Source of the DNA: an uncultured Mageeibacillus sp.
Lineage (GTDB): Bacteria > Bacillota > Clostridia > Saccharofermentanales > UBA5734
Direction of reading: 5' to 3'
Length of the DNA: 64,000 bases
Assembly (NCBI GenBank): GCA_964528645.1
Contig: CAZGSR010000005.1
Location: 2,719 to 66,718 of the forward strand
Shown: piece by piece, positions 28,389-36,630 of the stretch
Position numbering within the stretch: position 1 is the stretch's first letter
Layout of the letters: each line of letters starts with the position of its first letter
Notes under the pieces: generated by a model
What the model was told of the DNA's origin: nothing
Seen by the model: the letters and a program-made list of their open reading frames with translations, nothing else
Databases searched by the model: none
Made by a program: the position numbers and the translations under genes

Positions 28389-29524
28389 AGCTTTTCAGCA
28401 AAAAGCCCAAACCCTATGAACCTCCGATGCACATCGACAGGTACTGGCCGATATACCGGGAAAATGTATTTGTAGACAAGAAAAAAAGCCGTCTACCACA
28501 CTGGACGGCGCCTTTGTTCACGCTGCTCGCCATCATCCTGATCGTGTTTTACCTGGCCCCGACGATTTCCCGCCGTGTCATCAACTTGGGCCAGAACCGA
28601 GATGCCGAGGGCCAGCAAATCAGTCGCAGCTACACAGATCTGGACCGGGTCGTCCTATCGCCGGTGGCCGATGTGTATGACGCGCCTGACATCAAAGCCA
28701 GACGCCTGGTCCAGGTTCTGTACAATGAACCAGTCACATTGATCGACCAGCCGACTCATTACGGTTTCAGGCAGGTTGAGCTCCAGGATGGTTTCACGGG
28801 GTATATGAGGGAAAGCGATCTCTCGACCTTTTGTGATGCTGCAGAACCTTCGCTGGCGGTCAACAAACTGGTTGTGGCAACCGGATCCAAGCGGATCATG
28901 AGCCATGCCAAAACAGGGACCCTGGTCGCTGAAGTCATGATGGGTACAGTCCTGTACGCTGACTACCGTGGTGACGGTATTTCGCGCGTCCTGCTCCCCA
29001 GCGGTGAATCTGGCTGGATCAGTGATGATGGCCTGATCATCCTGCCACCCGATGGCAGGGTTGTGCCGGTAGATGAGGGCGCCCGCTATCTGACAACGAC
29101 CACCCTGACGTTCCTCAATGTGACCACCCTGGACCATGGTGTGACGATTTATGGCGCCTCTATTCCGGGGATCGTCTACGTCAGTGCTGCTGTTAATGGA
29201 CTGGATGTGCCTCGCCAGATGTCGGGCCAAATCCAGGCAGGCCAGGCAGTCAGTCTGGCAAGAGTCGAGGAGACTGGACTGGTTGACCCCAGGATTCTGA
29301 TGCCTGGCGACCTATTATTCTTTAGCCGCAGTGGCAGTGCATCAGATCTGGACCGAATGGCAATCTGCATCACACCGAATAGCCTGCTGGTGGAAAATCA
29401 GGGGCGGTCATCCATCCGGCTTCTTGATCCGGCAAAAGACGAGGCCTTGTGGCAGACGCTGGTTGCTGTACGCAGACTGTTCCCGTCTGACAGTGTCATC
29501 TCGGCATCGGCAGAGTCCAACTAG
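28385..29524 (+). CDS. membrane-anchored SH3b-repeat protein with a degenerate NlpC/P60-like C-terminal domain
   Basis: TM segment, then SH3b-like segments (VYDAPDIKARRLVQVLYNEPVTLIDQ). The C-terminal IYGASIPGIVY ... GDLLFFSR ... DRMAICI aligns by eye to the NlpC/P60 G-DCSG / GDL-FF / HVGIY motifs, with Cys and His replaced. Confidence 0.6.
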   Translation: MKLFSKKPKPYEPPMHIDRYWPIYRENVFVDKKKSRLPHWTAPLFTLLAIILIVFYLAPTISRRVINLGQNRDAEGQQISRSYTDLDRVVLSPVADVYDAPDIKARRLVQVLYNEPVTLIDQPTHYGFRQVELQDGFTGYMRESDLSTFCDAAEPSLAVNKLVVATGSKRIMSHAKTGTLVAEVMMGTVLYADYRGDGISRVLLPSGESGWISDDGLIILPPDGRVVPVDEGARYLTTTTLTFLNVTTLDHGVTIYGASIPGIVYVSAAVNGLDVPRQMSGQIQAGQAVSLARVEETGLVDPRILMPGDLLFFSRSGSASDLDRMAICITPNSLLVENQGRSSIRLLDPAKDEALWQTLVAVRRLFPSDSVISASAESN

Positions 29525-29551
29525 ATCGGTTCACTCACCCAGTCACTCGAC

Positions 29552-29586
29552 AAAAAAAGAACGCTCCCCCTAGCAGGGAAGCGTTC
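29552..29586 (-). terminator. intrinsic terminator of rpmB
   Basis: Minus strand: GAACGCTTCCC-tgctag-GGGGAGCGTTC followed by T7. Confidence 0.75.
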
Positions 29587-29642
29587 GGTTGCATTGCTGC
29601 GATTTTGGCCGTTAAGCGACAAACGACTGTCGACAACGCGGC

Positions 29643-29840
29643 TCAGGCTCTCTTGACCGCGTTGGATCGGAGGCACCTGGTGCAGACATGCAGGGTTTTG
29701 GGCGTTCCATTGTCATCGACCCGGACGCTGTGGACATTCGGTTTCTGCTTCGCGAGCGCGCGGCGGGAAACCTGTGAACGGGTGATGCTGATCTTTCTGC
29801 CGAAGAGAGTATCCTTCGAGCAAACGTCACACTTGGGCAT
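29643..29840 (-). CDS. rpmB: 50S ribosomal protein L28
   Basis: MPKCDVCSKDTLFGRKISITRSQVSRRALAKQKPNVHSVRV. SD AGGAGG upstream. The ORF-track start 29894 is too far upstream. Confidence 0.9.
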   Translation of the reverse strand: MPKCDVCSKDTLFGRKISITRSQVSRRALAKQKPNVHSVRVDDNGTPKTLHVCTRCLRSNAVKRA

Positions 29841-29947
29841 CTTGTACACCTCCTGTACGTTTAGTTGCAAAACGCGCAAACAAGATGATAGCATAAAAAT
29901 CGTGATTGCGCAATGGTTCGATGGGCTTCTGCAAAAATATTTTCCGG

Positions 29948-30841
29948 TCAGGCTTCTTGCTTCAGCGCTGCTTTGCGGGGAGTGCCGGTTGTTTTGGGTT
30001 GATCGTTGTCATCCTGGCCCAGCATGAGACCATTGACAATAGCACCTGTCGGGCAGACGATCTCGCATTCACCACAGTGCGTGCATTTGTCCTGGTCGAT
30101 AATCGCCAGGGGGCCGTCCATGGTGATGGCGCCATACTGGCAGGTTTTGAAGCATTTCTGGCAACCGATGCAGCCAATGGTGCAATTTTTCCGGGTCTGG
30201 CCCCCGGGCCATTTGTTTTTACATTTGACAGAATAGGCGTTTGAATGCTTCGGGATGATTTCGATCAGGTATTTGGGGCAGGTCTTGACGCAGATGCCGC
30301 AGGCCGTGCACTTGGACGAATCGACATGAGCAATGCCATTGGCCATGTAGATGGCGTCGTAAGGGCAGGCTACAGCGCAATCCCCGTAGCCCATGCAGCC
30401 ATAGGTGCAGGAATTGGGTCCGGAAAACAGATTCTGGGCGGCATTACAGCTCATGGTGCCGCGATATTCATAACGCTTTTTCGTATGGTCGACCGTTCCC
30501 TGACAATGGACGTGGGCGACTTTCGGGACAAAGGACGGGGTTGCTACACCCAGGTAACGGGATAACTCACTTGCGACTTCTGCACCACCGACCGGGCACT
30601 TACCGGTATCGGGGTCTCCGTCGGCCATCGACTGGGCATAGCCTTCACAGCCGGTGAAACCGCAGGCACCGCAGTTGGCACCGGGCAAGATCGCTTTGAT
30701 GTCTTCCAGGCGAGTATCGACCGGAACGGCAAACACGCGGCTGACAATGACAATGACGATACCCAGTATCAGGGCAATGGCACTGGCGATCAAGACCGGA
30801 GTCAGGATCGATGAGGCCTGGATCATGGCAATTGCAATCAT
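29948..30841 (-). CDS. rnfB: Rnf complex subunit B (polyferredoxin)
   Basis: N-terminal TM segment, GANCGACGFTGCEGYA, then several CxxCxxCxxxCP ferredoxin motifs. It is the last gene of the rnfCDGEAB order. Confidence 0.9.
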   Translation of the reverse strand: MIAIAMIQASSILTPVLIASAIALILGIVIVIVSRVFAVPVDTRLEDIKAILPGANCGACGFTGCEGYAQSMADGDPDTGKCPVGGAEVASELSRYLGVATPSFVPKVAHVHCQGTVDHTKKRYEYRGTMSCNAAQNLFSGPNSCTYGCMGYGDCAVACPYDAIYMANGIAHVDSSKCTACGICVKTCPKYLIEIIPKHSNAYSVKCKNKWPGGQTRKNCTIGCIGCQKCFKTCQYGAITMDGPLAIIDQDKCTHCGECEIVCPTGAIVNGLMLGQDDNDQPKTTGTPRKAALKQEA

Positions 30842-30865
30842 AATGTACGCTCCTTGACGTGGCTC

Positions 30866-31456
30866 TTAGCCGAACAATTTCTCGATCAGGCCTTTGAAGC
30901 CAAAGAACGAGATGGATACGAGACCGGCAGAGACCAGTGTGATCGGCAAGCCTTTCATGAATTTCGGTACATCAGCACGGTCCACTTTGGTGCGGACACC
31001 TGAGAACAGGAACAGGGCCAGCATGAACCCCAGACCGGCGCCAGCAGCATGAGAGATGGACTGCACAAAAGTGTACTGGTTATCGACATTGAGAATGGTC
31101 ACACCCAGGACTGCGCAATTGGTTGTAATCAGTGGCAGAAAGATACCCAAGGATCGATAGAGGGCAGGGATCGATTTTTTCAGGAAGGTCTCGATGATCT
31201 GGACCAGAGAGGCGATGATGACGATGAAAACACCCGTCTGGAGATAGCCCAGGTTCCTGGGATAGAGAATGAAATATTGTACTGGCCAAGTCAAAGCTGA
31301 AGCAAATACCATAACGACAATGACAGCCATACTCATGCCCATGGCCGTCTTGACATTCTTTGAGACACCCAGGAAGGGGCAGATGCCAAGGAAACGCGAC
31401 AGGACGAAATTATCGACCAGGATCGCAGAAAAGAGGATGATCAATAATTCTTTCAT
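30866..31456 (-). CDS. rnfA: Rnf complex subunit A
   Basis: VDNFVLSRFLGICPFLGVS and GIFLPLITTNCAVLG motifs. ATGA overlap with rnfE. Confidence 0.93.
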   Translation of the reverse strand: MKELLIILFSAILVDNFVLSRFLGICPFLGVSKNVKTAMGMSMAVIVVMVFASALTWPVQYFILYPRNLGYLQTGVFIVIIASLVQIIETFLKKSIPALYRSLGIFLPLITTNCAVLGVTILNVDNQYTFVQSISHAAGAGLGFMLALFLFSGVRTKVDRADVPKFMKGLPITLVSAGLVSISFFGFKGLIEKLFG

Positions 31457-32250
31457 GCCTTGTCTCCCTTCTGGTCTTGTGCAGTTTCGTCAGCCTGGTC
31501 CTTGAAACCATGGGTCTCGCGGAACTTGGTGCCGACGCTGCAGGCGCCGCAAAGGGCACAGGCAGAGGCTTCATTGATCGCACCGACACATTCTTCAGCC
31601 AGTGGGTCCTTGACGCCCGAGTCCCTCTTCTTGTCCATCTGTTCAGAGAGTTTGTTGGCCAGAGCAATCAGAATACCAAAGACAAAGAAGCCGCCCGGGG
31701 GCAGGATCATGATGATCATCGGTTCGATCCAGCCGCCAGCCTGCAAGGCAGGGAGCGGGATGTCCAGGAAGGTGCCATTGCCCAGGATCTCACGGATCGA
31801 GCCCATCAGGAACAGGGCCGCCGTAAACCCGACGCCCATGCCCAGGCCATCGATGACGGAGGGCAGGACGGCATTTTTACTGGCAAACATCTCAGCCCGG
31901 GCCAGGATGATGCAGTTGACCGTGATCAGGGGAATGAAAATACCGAGGGATTTGTTGAGTTCGGGCAAATAGGCCTGCATCAGCATCTGGACGATCGAGA
32001 CAAATCCAGCGATGACTGTGATAAAAGCCGGGATGCGGACTTTGTCCGGGATCGATTTTCTAAGGAGTGAGACGATCAGGTTCGATCCGACCAGGACAAA
32101 GGTCGCAGCCAGGCCCATACCGATGCCGTTCTTGGTTGATGTCGTGACGGCCAAGGTCGGGCAAGTGCCCAGGAGCAGGCGCAGGACAGGATTTTCCTTG
32201 ACCAGCCCCTTGGTGAATTCATAGGTCAGGGAACGTTTCTTGGGAGCCAT
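31453..32250 (-). CDS. rnfE: Rnf complex subunit E with a ~60-aa Cys-rich C-terminal extension
   Basis: NPVLRLLLGTCPTLAVTT and GIFIPLITVNCIILARAE motifs. The tail carries C-x9-C-x2-C-x2-C. Confidence 0.9.
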   Translation of the reverse strand: MAPKKRSLTYEFTKGLVKENPVLRLLLGTCPTLAVTTSTKNGIGMGLAATFVLVGSNLIVSLLRKSIPDKVRIPAFITVIAGFVSIVQMLMQAYLPELNKSLGIFIPLITVNCIILARAEMFASKNAVLPSVIDGLGMGVGFTAALFLMGSIREILGNGTFLDIPLPALQAGGWIEPMIIMILPPGGFFVFGILIALANKLSEQMDKKRDSGVKDPLAEECVGAINEASACALCGACSVGTKFRETHGFKDQADETAQDQKGDKA

Positions 32251-32831
32251 TACTTCACCTCCGCCGCGATGTCCGGATGCAGGGCTGTCGCCTGGTTGAC
32301 AGCGCGGGTCACCGCATTTGAAGAAATTGTTGCACCGGCAATCGAATCGATCAGGACTTTGTCGGTTTCATTGGGTTTGACCGTGTAGATCAAGGATGCA
32401 TCCAGGTTGTCGTATTGGCGGATGAAAGAATCATCGGCTATTTTCTTGCCAAGGCCAGGGGTTTCATCGTTTTCCAGCGGCAGGACGCGGATGACCGTGT
32501 TGTTCAGGTCGATGGCGACCAGGACCGGAACCTCACCGGCATAACCGCGGAAGGCGCTGCGGTATAAAAAGGCAATCATGCCGCCATTGGCATCGCGGAC
32601 TGTATATGCTTCGCTGATCCCGGGGTGGTCAGCAGCATAGGGTGTCAGGTCGATGGGATCAAAGGTCGATGCATCCGGGCAGACAGCCTGGCGATTGGCA
32701 TTGGCCAGGGCGATCGCCTGGGTGTCACGAGCGGCCTGGGTCAGGGAGCTGGTCAGAGCCAGGAGACCCGTGGTAATCAGGACAATCAGGGTGAGGATCA
32801 GGGCAGGGATAAAACCTTTATCCTTTGACAT
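32250..32831 (-). CDS. rnfG: Rnf complex subunit G (FMN-binding)
   Basis: N-terminal TM segment and the FMN-attachment region DSIAGATISSNAV. ATG 32831 has SD GGAGG, and the ORF-track TTG 32873 is less likely. Confidence 0.85.
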   Translation of the reverse strand: MSKDKGFIPALILTLIVLITTGLLALTSSLTQAARDTQAIALANANRQAVCPDASTFDPIDLTPYAADHPGISEAYTVRDANGGMIAFLYRSAFRGYAGEVPVLVAIDLNNTVIRVLPLENDETPGLGKKIADDSFIRQYDNLDASLIYTVKPNETDKVLIDSIAGATISSNAVTRAVNQATALHPDIAAEVK

Positions 32832-33786
32832 ACTTGCGACCTCCGAACGGGACCGGACGGGTCCATTTTTCAATGTGCGGTGTCAGCAGGTTCATCAGAA
32901 GGATGGCGAAGGAAACGCCTTCCGTCATGGCGCCAAAGAGACGGATCAGGGCAGTGATGATGCCACAGCCAAGGGCGAAGATGATCTGGCCATTGCGGGT
33001 AACCGGGGCTGTGACATAGTCGGTGGCCATGAAGAAGGCACCGATGATCAGGCCTGCTGACAAGACATGGTAGAGTGGATCCTGGCCAGCCAGAGCCGTG
33101 ATGACAGCGACGGTGCCGATGTAGGTCAGGGGGATCCAGAGGTTGATGACTTTGCGGACGATCAGGTAGATCGCACCGATCAGGAGGGCCAGGACAGAGA
33201 CTTCGCCGATGCAGCCGCCCTTGATACCGACGAACATGTCCAGATAAGAGGGCATGGTCCCCTGGTTTTGCATGATGTACAAAGGAGTCGCCGTGGCAAT
33301 CAGGTCGAGACGCCCTGCCTGGTCGGCAACTGCGGTTGTTGCGCTGCGGGCACGATCTGCCAGGATCGCCCAGCGTGTCATGGCTGCCGGGAAGGACAGC
33401 ATCAGGATAACACGGGCAGCCAGGGCTGGGTTCATGAAATTCTGGCCAATGCCGCCGAAAAATTGCTTGACGATGATGATGGCGATAAATGAGCCAACCA
33501 CGGGGATCCAGAGGGGAATTGTCGGTGGCAGGTTCATGGCCAGGAGCAGACCGGTGACAAGGGCGCTCATGTCACCGATCGAATTGTAGCGCTTCATGAG
33601 GCGGCGGCTGAGGTATTCAAAAAGGACAGCTGTGCCGGTTGTCAGGGCCGTGACCAGGAGGACACGCCAGCCGAAGATCCAGGTGGATGCCAGGATGGCC
33701 GGGATCAGAGCGATGACGACATCGAGCATCAGGCGCTGGGTGGTGGCTGAATCACGAATATGAGGGGATGACGATACTTGCAGCAT
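32818..33786 (-). CDS. rnfD: Rnf complex subunit D
   Basis: MLQVSSSPHIRDSATTQRLMLDVVIALIPA is a typical RnfD/NqrB start. TAATG overlap with the rnfC stop. The ORF-track start 33900 lies inside rnfC. Confidence 0.9.
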   Translation of the reverse strand: MLQVSSSPHIRDSATTQRLMLDVVIALIPAILASTWIFGWRVLLVTALTTGTAVLFEYLSRRLMKRYNSIGDMSALVTGLLLAMNLPPTIPLWIPVVGSFIAIIIVKQFFGGIGQNFMNPALAARVILMLSFPAAMTRWAILADRARSATTAVADQAGRLDLIATATPLYIMQNQGTMPSYLDMFVGIKGGCIGEVSVLALLIGAIYLIVRKVINLWIPLTYIGTVAVITALAGQDPLYHVLSAGLIIGAFFMATDYVTAPVTRNGQIIFALGCGIITALIRLFGAMTEGVSFAILLMNLLTPHIEKWTRPVPFGGRKYVKG

Positions 33787-35135
33787 TACTTGGTGCCCTC
33801 CTTTGCCTGGGCCTGGGCCTGGCGAACGTAGCCTTTGCCGGCACGGATGCTTTGCACGAGGTAGCGTTTCGCTGGGCAGACATACGTGCAGCAACCGCAT
33901 TCAATACAGTCCAGGACGTGGTAGTCTTCCAGCTGCTCAACATCTTTGTTGCGGGCTCCGACATCGAGCATGGTAGGCATCAGGTGCATCGGGCAAGCTT
34001 CGACGCAGCGGCCACAACGGATGCACTGGGTTTCCTGCGGGATCTCGGCTTCTTTTTTATCAAAGACGAGGATGGCGTTGTTGTGCTTAATGATGGACGC
34101 TTCAGGGCGGTCCAGCGCCACGCCCATCATCGAACCACCCATGATGATTTTGCCAGCCTCGGCGGCATTGCCACCGGCATGGGAAATGACATCCGGGATC
34201 ATGGCTCCGATCGGAACATTGACATTGCAGGGCATCTTCAGGCCGCTGCCATCTAGGGTCAGACGCTTTCTGACCAGTGGCATGCCCGTTTTCAAATATT
34301 TGGCGATGAAACGCACCGTGCTGACGTTGAGCACGACAGCCCCAACCTCAATCGGCAATTTCCCTGACGGGACTTCCCGGCCGGTCAGGCTGTAGATCAG
34401 CATTTTTTCAGCGCCCTGCGGATACATGGTCTTTAACAGATGAACCGAAATGTCCGGCTTGATGTTTTGCTTGAGTTCGAGCTTGGTCAGCTCATTCTTG
34501 AGTACCTCAGCTGCGAGCGGCTTGTTATCCTCAACACCGATCAGTGCCTTTGGTATGTCAAGGTACTGCATGACCAGCATGATGCCTTCGATGATTTCGT
34601 CCGGGTGCTCAGCGCACTGGCGGAAGTCAGCCGTGATGTAAGGTTCGCATTCAGCGGCATTGATCACGAGGAATTCCGCTGTCTTTCCTTCCGGGATCTT
34701 GAGTTTCATGTGAGTTGGGAATCCAGCGCCACCCAGGCCGACCAGGCCGGAATCGCGCAGGGCCTTGAGGAAACTCTCCGTGTCTGTGACGACTGGTGGG
34801 ACAACCGATTCGTCGCGGGTGTACTGTCCATCGGATTCGATCAGGACAACCTCGACGGATCGACCGGCACTGGACACTTCTTTTCGAATGGCTGTGACCT
34901 TGCCGGAAACGCTGGAGTGGATCGGCACAGCCATCGGACCGGAAGCTTCGCCGATCAACTGGCCGACTTTGACCTGGTCACCGACCTTGACGACCGGTGT
35001 GCACGGCGGACCGATGTGCATGCTCATGGGGATGTGGATTTCCTTGAAGTCGTCCAGACGGACCGTTGGGTAAAAGTGTGTGTTCTTGTTACCCCTCGGA
35101 TGAACGCCCCCGGAAAAATGACCGAACCTTAGCAC
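33786..35135 (-). CDS. rnfC: Rnf complex subunit C
   Basis: GLVGLGGAGFPTHMK and CIRCGRCVEACP / CIECGCCTYVCP motifs. GTG start with SD AGGAGG. Confidence 0.92.
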   Translation of the reverse strand: MLRFGHFSGGVHPRGNKNTHFYPTVRLDDFKEIHIPMSMHIGPPCTPVVKVGDQVKVGQLIGEASGPMAVPIHSSVSGKVTAIRKEVSSAGRSVEVVLIESDGQYTRDESVVPPVVTDTESFLKALRDSGLVGLGGAGFPTHMKLKIPEGKTAEFLVINAAECEPYITADFRQCAEHPDEIIEGIMLVMQYLDIPKALIGVEDNKPLAAEVLKNELTKLELKQNIKPDISVHLLKTMYPQGAEKMLIYSLTGREVPSGKLPIEVGAVVLNVSTVRFIAKYLKTGMPLVRKRLTLDGSGLKMPCNVNVPIGAMIPDVISHAGGNAAEAGKIIMGGSMMGVALDRPEASIIKHNNAILVFDKKEAEIPQETQCIRCGRCVEACPMHLMPTMLDVGARNKDVEQLEDYHVLDCIECGCCTYVCPAKRYLVQSIRAGKGYVRQAQAQAKEGTK

Positions 35136-35214
35136 GGTAGATACCTCCTGTGGTGGTTCAAAAAATAGAAACAGCGACTGAAGTCACAAAATAGTGGCAT
35201 CAAAGGCCAAAAAT

Positions 35215-35223
35215 CACTATATC
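35215..35223 (-). promoter_or_regulatory. candidate extended -10 element (TGaTATAGT) for the rnf operon
   Basis: The minus strand reads TGATATAGT about 80 nt upstream of the rnfC GTG. No good -35 is seen. Confidence 0.35.
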
Positions 35224-35252
35224 ACAGATCCGTTGACAAGTTGAGTGGATTT

Positions 35253-35404
35253 TTGCGAAATGTATAGAAAATCTTGCTCGAAGACGCAAATAAGCGCAAA
35301 ATGTCCTAATTTTCTATCGAAAATTGGCTGCGATGTGAAATGTTGCAGGATTTGAAAATCAGACTTGCAATGTGAAAATTGTCGAAAACGTTTGCGGAAT
35401 GTTG
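35253..35404. promoter_or_regulatory. array of five TGCG/GCA-(A)AATGT motifs, two containing ATGTGAA (Rex-half-site-like)
   Basis: Copies start at 35253, 35293, 35328, 35365 and 35392, in the AT-rich 417-nt gap upstream of rnfC. Confidence 0.3.
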
Positions 35405-35484
35405 GCGCCGGCGATCCGGGTTATCTGGGCGGATCGGAACGATTTGGTTAAACGAAGGTTGGTGGCAACGTGTGTGCCGGTATA

Positions 35485-35514
35485 AGAAAAAGCCAGGCCG
35501 AACAATCGACCTGG
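35485..35514 (-). terminator. intrinsic terminator of the trxB-like gene
   Basis: Minus strand: GCCAGG-tcgattgttcgg-CCTGGC followed by TTTTTCTTAT. Confidence 0.7.
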
Positions 35515-35552
35515 CTCGGATGAGCGACGTTGGACCCTGATCTATAATGGAA

Positions 35553-36458
35553 TCAATGCCACTGGACCTTGACTTCCTTTTCCCCATTGAGCTGGCGGAC
35601 ATAATTGGCTGCTGCCAGACCGGCCCGGGCACCGTCGCCGACAGCGACGGCGATCTGGAGGAGACCACCCGTGCAATCTCCAGCGGCAAAGACACCCGGC
35701 AGATTGGTGTCCTGGTCCCTGCTGTTGACCGTTATGACTTTGCCATCGTTGGCCAGTCCAAGCTTCTGGGCCAGATCCACCGCCGAGGCGGTGCCTTCAG
35801 CAACAAAAACACCATCGACCTCCAGGACAGATCCGTCAGCCATTTCGATCCGGCGGACTTTGATCTCGTCGCCGGAGACTGCTGCAATTTTGCGCAGGTC
35901 GACTGTGATGGCTTCATCATCGCTCAAACTGGCTTCATAGGGGCGGTCATTGGTTAACAGGGTGATTCTGCTGGCAAAAGGCTTGAGCTCACTGGCTTCC
36001 TTGAAGGCGTAATCGCCATTGCCGATGACTGCAACTTTCTTCCCACGATAGAAGAATCCATCACAGGTGGCGCAATAACTGACCCCGCGACCTTCGAACT
36101 CGGCTAATCCGGGTACGGTGGCCTTTTTCCTGGGCATGCCGGTGGCGATGACCAGGGACTTGGCCTCCAGTTCCCGGGTAGTGGTTTGGACGCCATAATT
36201 TTCCATGAACAGGAGCCCGGTTACTTCTTCGGTCAGGATCTCAACTCCGAGTCGTCGTGCCTGGGCCTCGCTGTCTGCCATCAGTTTGGCCGCGTGGACG
36301 GGCTCCGGAAAGCCTAGATAATTTTCGATCAAATCAGCAGTGGCCAAGGCCCCGGCATCGCGGCCAATCACCAGGACAGACAGACCCGCCCGGATCGCAT
36401 AAATGGCGGCAGACAACCCGGCTGGGCCTTTGCCGACAACGATCAGATCATACAACAT
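35553..36458 (-). CDS. trxB: thioredoxin-disulfide reductase-like flavoprotein
   Basis: DLIVVGKGPAGLSAAIYA, redox-active CATCDG, VAVIGNGDYA and AAGDCTGG motifs. 301 aa. Confidence 0.75.
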   Translation of the reverse strand: MLYDLIVVGKGPAGLSAAIYAIRAGLSVLVIGRDAGALATADLIENYLGFPEPVHAAKLMADSEAQARRLGVEILTEEVTGLLFMENYGVQTTTRELEAKSLVIATGMPRKKATVPGLAEFEGRGVSYCATCDGFFYRGKKVAVIGNGDYAFKEASELKPFASRITLLTNDRPYEASLSDDEAITVDLRKIAAVSGDEIKVRRIEMADGSVLEVDGVFVAEGTASAVDLAQKLGLANDGKVITVNSRDQDTNLPGVFAAGDCTGGLLQIAVAVGDGARAGLAAANYVRQLNGEKEVKVQWH

Positions 36459-36469
36459 AGGTAACCTCC

Positions 36470-36512
36470 AAAAAAACAGACGACCCGGCTTCTAGACCAA
36501 CCGGGTCGTCTG
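36470..36512 (-). terminator. strong intrinsic terminator whose T7 tract abuts the SD of the trxB-like gene
   Basis: Minus strand: CAGACGACCCGG-ttggtctagaag-CCGGGTCGTCTG, then TTTTTTT, then GGAGGTTACCT-ATG. Confidence 0.8.
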
Positions 36513-36582
36513 CACGCTAATCAATTTGTGCCACACTCGATTCAAGCTTGTCAATCGGACTTGTTACAGACCGCACAAGGTG

Positions 36583-36615
36583 GGCCGGGCGGGAGGCTCC
36601 AATCTCCACCCGGCC
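36583..36615 (-). other. GC-rich stem-loop just downstream of the hcp stop, with no U-tract
   Basis: GGCCGGGCGGGAG and CTCCACCCGGCC arms around an 8-nt loop. Confidence 0.5.
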
Positions 36616-36630
36616 GAAGGACACAAAGGA

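Noticed and set aside
33787-33900. A 38-codon extension of the rnfD ORF into rnfC.
   Set aside because: RnfD family N-termini begin at MLQVSSSPH. The TAATG junction with rnfC is the typical coupling arrangement.
36519-36535. A sigma-54-like TGGCAC element (minus strand TGGCACAAATTGATTA) in front of the trxB-like gene.
   Set aside because: The -12 element does not match TTGC at the required spacing, and no enhancer-binding protein gene is nearby.
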